A stretch of DNA of 44,246 nt from Planctomycetota bacterium (GTDB taxonomy: Bacteria; Planctomycetota; PLA2; JAEUHO01): NCBI GenBank assembly GCA_050248855.1, contig JBFWRP010000036.1:1-44246 (forward strand). The letters run 5' to 3'. Below, piece by piece: positions 18,584 to 26,511 of the stretch. How positions within the stretch are numbered: position 1 is the first letter of the stretch; each line of letters begins with the position of its first letter. The notes under the pieces were generated by a model, which did no database searches, was not told the DNA's origin, and saw only the letters and a list, made by a program, of their open reading frames with translations. The position numbers were made by a program, and so were the translations under genes.

Positions 18584-19309
18584 ATGTCCCTCCTCGAACC
18601 GACAGCGGCCAAGGTCGAAGCCCTGCGCCAGCGCTGGCGCGGCCAAGGCTGGCGCCTCCGGGCCATCGCCGACGACCTCGTCCGAGGCGGCGACTGGACC
18701 CGACACCTGAAGGGCCTCCCCCACGTGGAGGAGGTGGCCCCCCTGCCGGGTGAACGCCTCGGCCGGGATCTCCGGGGCGCCGACCTCGCCCAGGCCCTCC
18801 GCCCGGAAGTCGCGGTCCTCCAGGCCGGTCTGCCCGACGTGCCGGCCATCGCCCGCGTCCTGCAGCGTGCGCACGTGGGGCGCGGGCCGCTCGGCGCCGC
18901 CGTCCCCATCGGCAGCCCCCCGGAGGACGAGGGCGCCCTGGCGTCCGCCATCCTGCGCGGCGACGTGTTCCTCTTGGTGGCCTTGGCCGGGCGCACCGCG
19001 GGGGTCGTGCGGGTCCAGCCGTCCTCCGGCCTGCGGGCCGCCACGGTCGGGGAGATCGCCGACCTGGCCGTCCGTCCCCGCTTCCAGGGCCTCGGGGTAG
19101 GGAGCCGGCTGCTCGCCGAGGCCGAGGCCACCCTGGCCAGCTGGGGCCTCGTGAAAGCCGTCCTCAAGGCCATCCCGGAAGCCGGGAGGGTGAGCTGGTA
19201 CGAGCGGCGCGGCTACCGCGTGACGAGGCTCCTCCAGCGCCAGCCGATGGGTAGGGCCGCCCACCTCGAGGCCCAGCTCGAGAAGCCGCTGACCGCGCCC
19301 TCCGCCTAG
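18584..19309 (+). CDS. GNAT-family acetyltransferase with an unusual N-terminal extension
   Basis: Acetyl-CoA motif LAVRPRFQGLGVGSRLL and WYERRGY; N-terminal GRDLRGADL. Confidence 0.8.
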   Translation: MSLLEPTAAKVEALRQRWRGQGWRLRAIADDLVRGGDWTRHLKGLPHVEEVAPLPGERLGRDLRGADLAQALRPEVAVLQAGLPDVPAIARVLQRAHVGRGPLGAAVPIGSPPEDEGALASAILRGDVFLLVALAGRTAGVVRVQPSSGLRAATVGEIADLAVRPRFQGLGVGSRLLAEAEATLASWGLVKAVLKAIPEAGRVSWYERRGYRVTRLLQRQPMGRAAHLEAQLEKPLTAPSA

Positions 19310-19469
19310 GGTCCGTCTGGAGACACATCCTGCTGCGGCCACCGGGTCTCGCGCGACGGAGGGTTTCCGGTCAGCCCCTGGGGCGGGCGGCCTGTTTCCG
19401 GGGCTCGCGAGAGCGTCCACCCGCGGATTCAAACGCGTGTGCGAATCCACAGGCTGGGAACAGGGATGC

Positions 19470-19570
19470 TCAGAACGACGTAAGTCGTTACAAGATATTG
19501 TCTTGCGATGATGCTGCGAGCACGGCGCAATGTGACATTCAAACACCCCAGAAAGATTTTGGAAATCCAG
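19470..19570. promoter_or_regulatory. AT-enriched regulatory region upstream of the ferritin-like gene
   Basis: Local GC drop; palindromes AACGAC-GTAA-GTCGTT, CAAGA-TATTG-TCTTG and AATGT-G-ACATT. Confidence 0.55.
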
Positions 19571-19741
19571 GGGGTTGCGCGGCCCCACCTACCCGATCTA
19601 CATTGCTCCGCTACAGCAGCGTTTTCGCGTGCAACGCGTCGCTGCCGACCTCGGGCGGGTGGACCGCCCGATCGACCTACCTCGCCAAGCTCCCTCACCC
19701 CCCCTAGCGAGTCTTCGGACTGGCAAACGGAGGAGCCGAAC

Positions 19742-20347
19742 ATGACGCAGACCACCTCCCAGCAGGATCGCACCGCGCGGATCGTCCAGACGGGCATCCA
19801 CATCGAGCAGAACGTCGAGGCGCGCTACCTGCGTGTCGGCCGTGCGTTCACGTACGGCCCGATCCGTCGGCTCTTCGAGGAGTACGCCGCGGAGGTCCGT
19901 GACCACGCCCGCATCCTCTCGCGCCACCTGCGCGACCGCGATGGCGGCCGCTCGCTGATCAAGCAGAGCGGGCGTCGTCGTCGTCCGCGCGCGGCCGAGG
20001 GTCCGGCGATCCTCACGCCCCCGGCGCTCTACTCCGCCTTCGACGAGGCCTTCCGTGCTGCCGAGCGCGCGATCGTCTTCCATCGCAAGGCCACCGACCA
20101 GGTCGATGACCGCTACCTGCGCAAGTTCATGGAGGTCCTGGCGGGCGATCACTCGTTCCACCTGGACATCCTCGGCCACCTGCTCGCCGACATCCGCGAC
20201 CGTCCGATGCACCTGACGCCCGGCCGCAAGCTGGCCCCCGTCGACGTGCCGTGGGTCGCCGCGATGTTCGAGGGCGTCGTGCCCCCGTGGCGTCGCGAGG
20301 CCGAGGCCGAGACCGGTCGCAAGAACTGGTTCATCAACTACATGTAG
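19742..20347 (+). CDS. Ferritin/rubrerythrin-like four-helix-bundle protein with degenerate ligands
   Basis: GGAGGAG RBS; internal duplication IHIEQNVEARY...RRLFEEYAAEVRDH / FRAAERAIVFH...RKFMEVLAGDHSFH. Confidence 0.65.
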   Translation: MTQTTSQQDRTARIVQTGIHIEQNVEARYLRVGRAFTYGPIRRLFEEYAAEVRDHARILSRHLRDRDGGRSLIKQSGRRRRPRAAEGPAILTPPALYSAFDEAFRAAERAIVFHRKATDQVDDRYLRKFMEVLAGDHSFHLDILGHLLADIRDRPMHLTPGRKLAPVDVPWVAAMFEGVVPPWRREAEAETGRKNWFINYM

Positions 20348-20391
20348 GGTTCGCGTGCCTCACGAAGGCACGTACCTGCATCGATCCCTCG

Positions 20392-20430
20392 AGAGCCCGG
20401 CGAAGGCCCGTCCTTCGCCGGGCTCTTCTC
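20392..20430 (+). terminator. Intrinsic terminator between convergent genes
   Basis: 15-bp perfect stem AGAGCCCGGCGAAGG-CCCGT-CCTTCGCCGGGCTCT followed by a pyrimidine tail. Confidence 0.75.
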
Positions 20431-20477
20431 GTCCCTGCGCAGCCCGCGGCTCGTCACGACGCGCGGTCGCCAGGTCT

Positions 20478-20813
20478 TCAACCGCCTTCGCCTGGACGGG
20501 GCATGGGGCGGGACTCCGTCGGCGGCGAGATCGGGCCCGGCGGGAGCACGCGGATGCGGACTTCGTCGCCCACCTGCAAGCCGTGCGGGAGGCCCCATAG
20601 GTCGAGGCGACTCCCGCGGACGTCCTGACCGTACGCGGCCACGCCCATCCCCTCCGGCCAGCCCGATGGCCACGCCTCGCCCTGCTCGGGCCGCGGCTTC
20701 GCCCACCACTGGGCAGCAACCTGCAGCATCCCGAAGCCGCCGACTCCACACGTAGCGGCCACGACGCCGTTCACCGAGATCTCGAACCGCGGGCTCTCGC
20801 TGACGTCGCTCAT
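20478..20813 (-). CDS. Hypothetical protein (111 aa)
   Basis: MSDVSESPRFEISVNG...LQVGDEVRIRVLPPG; protein-like composition; fills the gap between terminator and DUF1275 gene. Confidence 0.6.
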   Translation of the reverse strand: MSDVSESPRFEISVNGVVAATCGVGGFGMLQVAAQWWAKPRPEQGEAWPSGWPEGMGVAAYGQDVRGSRLDLWGLPHGLQVGDEVRIRVLPPGPISPPTESRPMPRPGEGG

Positions 20814-20880
20814 GGCGGGAGGGTAGCGGATCTCGGCAGGGCTTGGGGGAGCGAGGGACCCGGCGCGATGATGCGCAGCC

Positions 20881-21555
20881 ATGCGAATCGAACCGCGGGC
20901 GGCGTGGGTGTTGGCGGGGGGCTGTGCCCTTGCCTTCCTGGCGGCGGCCCTGAACGTGGGCTTCCTGATGGAGCTGGGGACGTCGGTGAGCCACCTCACC
21001 GGTGACCTGTCGCGCTTCGCGGAGGACCTGGCCCGCTCGGGGATGCCGCGCGGGGCGCCGATCGGGCACTTGGCGGCTGCGCTGCTCGGGTTCGTGGGCG
21101 GCGCGATGCTCTCGGGGGTGTTCATCCACCACCGGGCTCTCGAGCTGTCGCGTCCCTACGGGCGCAGCGTCACGGCGATCGGTGGGCTGTTGGTGGCATC
21201 GTGGGCCGTGATCGACCTCGACACGACCCTCGCGATCGGCCTCGCAGCGATCGCGTGCGGGTTCCAGAACGCGCTCGCCACGCACCATCGCGGGGTGATC
21301 CTGCGCACGACGCACGTGACGGGCCTGTTGACGGATCTCGGCGTGACCGCGGGCATGGCCCTGCGCCGTCGCCACGTGGCGGCGTGGGCCTGGGTGGCGC
21401 CGCTGGGGCTCACGATCGCGTTCTTCTTCGGGGCAATCGCGGGAGCACTCGGCACGTTGACCTTCGGCCGCGACGCGATCGTGGCGATTGGCATTGCGTA
21501 CGTCGCCGGCGGCGTGGGGTGGACGGTGATGAAGCGCAGGATCTTGCGCGCGTAG
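20881..21555 (+). CDS. YoaK / DUF1275-family membrane protein
   Basis: VSHLTG, GFQNA, LRTTHVTGLLTDLG; multiple TM helices. Confidence 0.9.
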   Translation: MRIEPRAAWVLAGGCALAFLAAALNVGFLMELGTSVSHLTGDLSRFAEDLARSGMPRGAPIGHLAAALLGFVGGAMLSGVFIHHRALELSRPYGRSVTAIGGLLVASWAVIDLDTTLAIGLAAIACGFQNALATHHRGVILRTTHVTGLLTDLGVTAGMALRRRHVAAWAWVAPLGLTIAFFFGAIAGALGTLTFGRDAIVAIGIAYVAGGVGWTVMKRRILRA

Positions 21556-21560
21556 GTGCG

Positions 21561-21884
21561 GCGACCCTGGATGTGTCTGGACCCTTGCCGCGGCGCCGCG
21601 AGGCGGCAACGTGGGCAAGGTGCCTGACACGCAGGGGTCGCGGTTCGTTGGCCGGCGAACGTCGCATCCTGGCGTCTGGTCACTCCACGCTCGTTCCGCG
21701 CTACCGCGCGGACTCGGCGCTCGGGCTACGCCCTCGCGGCAGGAGGGCTATTCCGTACCCCTCCTGCACCTCTCACGGGGTTCAGACACCTCCGCGCGCC
21801 TCGCGACCCCGGATGTGTCAGGACCCTTGCCGCGGCGCCGCGAAGCGGCAACGTGGGCAAGGTGCCTGACACGTAGGGGTCGCG
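21561..21884 (+). repeat. Modular REP/BIME-like cluster 3 (A-L-C-B tail-A)
   Basis: Same modules, located between convergent genes. Confidence 0.9.
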
Positions 21885-21916
21885 GGTCGACGGCGTGGGG
21901 TCGAGAATCCGCCCTG

Positions 21917-23071
21917 CTACTTCGCTTCCGCGGGCGGAGGCAACACGTGGCGCTCGTACGCCCTGCGGAGCGTGCCCAACGCCGTGGCGACGTGGTCGTG
22001 GAAGGCGTGCGGGCCCGAGACGACGAGCGCGCCACGGCCGGCGCGCGTCCCGCCGTCGAGCATCGTCTCGCCACGGATGTCGCCCGCGGCGCCCTGCAGC
22101 GCGCGGAGCAGCTCCTCGGCGGGGATGTAGGTGTCCGCTGCGAACGAGCGCGTCGTGCCATCGGGCCACGGAAGCTCCATGGCGACGGGAATCGGGTCGA
22201 CGAACAGGTCGGACACGTCGTAGATGCGCAACGTGGCGGGCGATGCCTCGCCCGCGCCTGCGAGCGGCGGCTCGAACTGCCAGGCCAGCTGGCGACGGAC
22301 CAGGGTGAGGGCATCCGACACGGCGGCTTGGCCCGCACTGCCGCCCTTGACGACGAGGTTCGTGCCGCCCGGGGGCAAGGACAGCTCCGTGTCCTCCTGG
22401 TGGATGGCCTGAAGCCACGAGCGAAGGCTCGCCAAAAGCGTCTCGCCGCCGATCGGCTCGCCGGCCCGGACCGACAGGTGTTCCGAGCCGGCGCGATCGA
22501 GAGCCAGCTCCGTGTCGATCGGCAGCTCGAGTCCAACGATGTCGGCCACCATGTGGATCCGCACGGTACGACCGCCGGCCTTGTGCACGCGATGCGCTCC
22601 GGAGAGCATCGACGCCGGGAGCTTGGGCACGGGCGGACCGGACGCTTCCTCGCCGCGCCGCAACGCGGTGAGCCACGACTCGACCGCCCCCAGCAAGTGC
22701 GGGTAGCCGCGCACGACGAGGATGCCGTTCTTGGTGCTGACACTCGCCTCATCCGGCGCGGCCTGCACCCACGCGTCGATCGAGGCCTGAGCCGCAGGGC
22801 GAGCCGCCAGGTCCCTCACGTCGTAGTAGCGAAGTCGCGTGCGGGGCACGCCCTCGTTCGCGGGAGTCGCGAGAGGCGCCGGGGCATCGGGGAGCGGCCG
22901 CACGCGAATCGGGGCCGGCGCCGGGACGGAGGCTGGGTACGCCCCAGGCAGGCAGCAGCGTGCCGACGTACGACACCGGGCTCCCTGGCAGGCGGCCAGG
23001 CTCGAGACGGCCAGCGCGAACACGCCCCACCGAAGCCCCCGACCAAGCCGAGCACATGCCATCTGGTCCAT
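21917..23071 (-). CDS. Putative lipoprotein with secretin N-domain-like repeats
   Basis: Lipobox LAAC; repeats LRYYDVRDL...ILVVRG...VESWLTALR and LRIYDVSDL...ALVVSG...VATALGTLR. Confidence 0.6.
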   Translation of the reverse strand: MDQMACARLGRGLRWGVFALAVSSLAACQGARCRTSARCCLPGAYPASVPAPAPIRVRPLPDAPAPLATPANEGVPRTRLRYYDVRDLAARPAAQASIDAWVQAAPDEASVSTKNGILVVRGYPHLLGAVESWLTALRRGEEASGPPVPKLPASMLSGAHRVHKAGGRTVRIHMVADIVGLELPIDTELALDRAGSEHLSVRAGEPIGGETLLASLRSWLQAIHQEDTELSLPPGGTNLVVKGGSAGQAAVSDALTLVRRQLAWQFEPPLAGAGEASPATLRIYDVSDLFVDPIPVAMELPWPDGTTRSFAADTYIPAEELLRALQGAAGDIRGETMLDGGTRAGRGALVVSGPHAFHDHVATALGTLRRAYERHVLPPPAEAK

Positions 23072-23217
23072 GGTGCACCTCCCTCGCGCTCGAAGCCTGG
23101 GCGCCGTGGATCACGCGGGCGTCACGCGGCGCCGCGTCGGGCCGCACCCGACGCCGTGGACGGGCGCCTGGGCTCCCGGTAGGTCACGGGGCGGCCACGG
23201 CCGCGTACCCTCGGGGC

Positions 23218-24090
23218 GTGCGCTACGAGGGCGACATCTACCGGCCGCCGAGCGAGGCGGAGTCGTGGATCCTGCAGGCCACGATCGGCTGCTCGTGGAA
23301 CCACTGCACGTACTGCGACATGTACCGGGCCAAACGCTTCCGGGTGCGGCCGCTGAGCGACATCCTCGAGGACGTACGGCTGGCCCGGCAGCACCTGGGC
23401 CCCGGCGTGGACAAGGTCTTCGTGGCCGATGGCGATGCGCTCGTGATGGAGCTCGACGTATGGCGCCCCCTGCTGACGGCGTTGCGCGCGACCTTCCCGC
23501 GCCTGCGTCGGGTCAGCGCGTATGCGACGGCTCGCAACCTGCTGGCCAAGTCCGACGACGAACTGGCCGAGCTGGCACGGGAGGGGCTGTCCCTGCTCTA
23601 CGTGGGCCCCGAGAGCGGCGACGACGTGACGATGAAGCGCATCGCCAAAGGGGCAGACCACGACGAGCACGTCGAGGCCGCGCGCAAGGCCCACGCCGCG
23701 GGCATGAAGCTGTCGACGATCTTCCTCTTGGGCGCCGGTGGCGTCGAGCGCAGCCACGAACACGCCGTGGCCAGCGCCAAGCTGGCGTCGGCGATGGACC
23801 CGCGGTTCGTATCGCTGCTCACGCTGACGGTGATCCCGGGCACGCCGATCGCAACGCTGCGGGAGCGCGGCGCGTTCGAGCTGCCCGACGTGCGCGGTCT
23901 CCTGCAGGAGATGCGCACGTTCGTTGCCGAAGCCGCCCCGACGAACGCCATCTTCCGCACGAACCACGCCAGCAACTGGCTGCCGTTGGAGGGGCGTCTG
24001 CCGCGTGATCGCGATCGCATCGTGGAGGTACTCGACGCGGCGCTGGAAGGGGACGTCCCCTTGCGCCCGGCCTGGACGCGGGGGTTGTAG
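23218..24090 (+). CDS. Radical SAM protein
   Basis: YRPPSEA...QATIGCSWNHCTYCDMY (CxxxCxxC), FVADGDAL, GPESG, FRTNHASN; GTG start. Confidence 0.92.
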   Translation: MRYEGDIYRPPSEAESWILQATIGCSWNHCTYCDMYRAKRFRVRPLSDILEDVRLARQHLGPGVDKVFVADGDALVMELDVWRPLLTALRATFPRLRRVSAYATARNLLAKSDDELAELAREGLSLLYVGPESGDDVTMKRIAKGADHDEHVEAARKAHAAGMKLSTIFLLGAGGVERSHEHAVASAKLASAMDPRFVSLLTLTVIPGTPIATLRERGAFELPDVRGLLQEMRTFVAEAAPTNAIFRTNHASNWLPLEGRLPRDRDRIVEVLDAALEGDVPLRPAWTRGL

Positions 24091-24103
24091 CCGCGCGGAG
24101 GTC

Positions 24104-25217
24104 CGCGAGGCGCGCGGAGGTGTCTGAACCCCGTGAGGGGTGCAGGGGGGACCGTGAGGGGTGCAGGGGGGGTACGGAATAGCCCCCCTGCTGCGCAGGC
24201 GAAGCCGGAGCACCGAGTCCGCGCGGTAGCGCGGAACGAGCGTGGAGTGACCAGACGCCAGGATGCGACGTTCGCCGGCGATCGCACCGCGACCCCTGCG
24301 TGTCAGTTCTTCATGCCGACGGCAAAGCCCGTACGGAGGCGGGGAATTCTTCCGCAACTTGCCGATGGGCACTTCCGCATGCCGAAGCGCAGGGCGGCAA
24401 GTTGCGGAAGAAATCCCCGCCTCCGTACCGCGTCTCGATGCGCGCGGCACCCCCTCCCATGGAAGCGTGGCTGTCCTGTCCGAGCCCGGAGTTCAGGCAC
24501 CTTCCATTGCAGGCACCTTGCCCACGTTGCCGCTGCGCGGCGCCGCGGCAAGGGTCCTGACACATGCGGGTTCGCGAGGCGCGCGGAGGTGTCTGAACCT
24601 GTGCCTCGGAGCGATAGCGACGGGGGCACGGTGTCAGACACCGAAGTGCGGCGGTCGCCGACGAGCGAACCGCGACCCCCGTGAAGGGTGCAGGAGGGGT
24701 ACGGAATAGCCCTCGTGCCGCGAGGGCGTAGCCCGAGCGCCGAGTCCGCGCGGTAGCGCGGAACGAGCGTGGAGTGACCAGACGCCAGGATGCGACGTTC
24801 GCCCGCCGTCGAACCGCGACCCCTGCGTGTCAGGCACCTTGCCCACGTTGCCGCTGCGCGGCGCCGCGGCAAGGGTCCTGACACATCCGGGTTCGCGAGG
24901 CGCGCGGAGGTGTCTGAACCCGTGCCTCGGAGCGAAGCGACGGGGGCACGGTGTCAGACACCGAAGTGCGGCGGTCGCCGACGAGCGAACCGCGACCCCC
25001 GTGAAGGGTGCAGGGGTGGTGCGGCACCAGCACCCCTGCTGCGCAGGCGAAGCCGGAGCACCGAGTCCGCGCGGTAGCGCGGAACGAGCGTGGAGTGACC
25101 AGACGCCAAGATGCGACGTTCGCTCGCCGTCGAACCGCGACCCCTACGTGTCAGGCACCTTGCCCACGTTGCCCCTGCGGGGCGCCGCGGCAAGGGTCAT
25201 GACACATCCGGGGTCGC
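24104..25217 (-). repeat. Modular REP/BIME-like cluster 4: about three (A-L-C-L-B) units in inverted orientation, with a nested insertion
   Basis: B-tail/A junctions at 24573 and 24894 (321-bp period); lies between convergent genes. Confidence 0.9.
24331..24428. repeat. TACGG-family REPIN-like doublet nested in an A module
   Basis: 34-bp inverted arms GTACGGAGGCGGGGAATTCTTCCGCAACTTGCCG (33/34 match) with a 30-bp spacer. Confidence 0.8.
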
Positions 25218-25235
25218 TTGGGCACCGCTGGCTTG

Positions 25236-25508
25236 CTACAGGCGGATCGGCGGGACGTAGCAGGGGCGGCCGGGTGCGTGGCAGCCCTCGCGGCAGGCGG
25301 CCGAGCCGTCGGGGCCGAGGGCGCGGCCGGTGCGGTCGCACCACCAGAGCGGCTCGTCGAGGCCGAACGGCTTCTCGTGCTCCGCAGGAACACCCGTGAA
25401 CACTTCCTTGGTGAGCAGATGGATGCAGCGCGTGCGCATCTGGGCGCGCACGTCCGCGACGTACTCGCCGGGACCCCAGGCGTGGCCATCGGTGGGTCGC
25501 TCGTTCAT
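25236..25508 (-). CDS. 90-aa Cys-rich protein coupled to the molybdoenzyme operon
   Basis: ATGA overlap with the FAD-subunit stop; RCIHLLTK...WWCDRT..GPDG...CREGC..PGRPCY. Confidence 0.7.
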   Translation of the reverse strand: MNERPTDGHAWGPGEYVADVRAQMRTRCIHLLTKEVFTGVPAEHEKPFGLDEPLWWCDRTGRALGPDGSAACREGCHAPGRPCYVPPIRL

Positions 25509-26509
25509 CGCGCACCTTCCTTCCCCGCCTGCAACGCGCGCATCAGGGCCCGGCGCACGGCGACCTCCACCAGGCGCACCTTGTAGGCGTTGCCGGCGAG
25601 CGGCGTGGCGCCCTGCGTAGCGGCCTTCGCGGCCGCAGCGATGCGCTCGGCGCTGGGCGGGCCACCACGCAACGCCGCCTCCGCACCCTGCGCGACCCAC
25701 GGCGTCGGCGCGACGGAGCCCAGCACGATGGACACGTCGGCGACGTGGCCGTCTTCTCCGAGCTCGGCGCGCACCCCGCAGGAAACGAGCGCCCAGTCGA
25801 ACGCAGCCTTCTGGCGCACTTCCTCGTAGGCCACGTGCTGCGGTCGTGTGCGCGGGGGCAGCACGATGGCCGTGATCACCTCGTCGGCGGCCAGCGCCAG
25901 GTCCGTGGTCACGCCCTTGGCCGGAGACTGCCAGGCGTCGGCCAGCGGGACGTGGCGCGTGCCCTTCGGCCCCTGCACGTGCACGCGAGCGCCAAGGGAC
26001 TGCAGCACGGGCGCCAAGCTCGAGGGATGCGCGGACGCGCACGCGTCGTTGCCGAACACCGCGGCCGTCTCCTGGACGCCCGTCTCGGCCCGCACGGGAC
26101 ACACGTCGTCCCCGCGCTTCCAGCAGCGGAAGGAGGCGATCCGGAAGTAGCCGCAACGCGTGCGCTGGGCGAGGTTGCCGCCCAGCGTGGCGCGGTGACG
26201 GATGGCCGGGCTCGCGGCTTGGCCCGCGGCCTCGGCCAGGGACGGCAGGAAGCGGCGCACCATGTCGTTCTCGGCGAGCGCCGCCAGCGTGACGCCGGCG
26301 CCCAAGCGTACGCCGCCGTCGTCCTCGAGGGCGATCGTCTCGCGCCCGGGCACGTCGAGGAGCGTGACGATGTGCGAAGGCTCGTCCACGTGCTCCTTCA
26401 TGCGATCGAGCAGGTCCACGCCGCCGGCGTGCAGCGCGCCTCCGGTCTCGGCCAGCGCAGCGGCCGCGGCCTCCAGGGTGCGCGGGCGAACGAAGGTGAA
26501 GGCCTTCAC
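25505..26509 (-). CDS. Xanthine-dehydrogenase-family FAD subunit (PaoB/YagS-like, 4Fe-4S insert)
   Basis: AGGVDLL, IRHRATLGGNL, RCGYFR...CWK...C...CASAHPS, DWALVS, GSVAPTPW, NAYKV. Confidence 0.9.
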   Translation of the reverse strand: MKAFTFVRPRTLEAAAAALAETGGALHAGGVDLLDRMKEHVDEPSHIVTLLDVPGRETIALEDDGGVRLGAGVTLAALAENDMVRRFLPSLAEAAGQAASPAIRHRATLGGNLAQRTRCGYFRIASFRCWKRGDDVCPVRAETGVQETAAVFGNDACASAHPSSLAPVLQSLGARVHVQGPKGTRHVPLADAWQSPAKGVTTDLALAADEVITAIVLPPRTRPQHVAYEEVRQKAAFDWALVSCGVRAELGEDGHVADVSIVLGSVAPTPWVAQGAEAALRGGPPSAERIAAAAKAATQGATPLAGNAYKVRLVEVAVRRALMRALQAGKEGAR

Positions 26510-26511
26510 GG

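Noticed and set aside
19430..19570. Replication origin or dif site
   Set aside because: Only a two-mismatch DnaA-box-like GAATCCACA; no box cluster or dnaA/par genes; the dyad has a 7-bp spacer and lacks the XerD arm TTATGTTAAAT.
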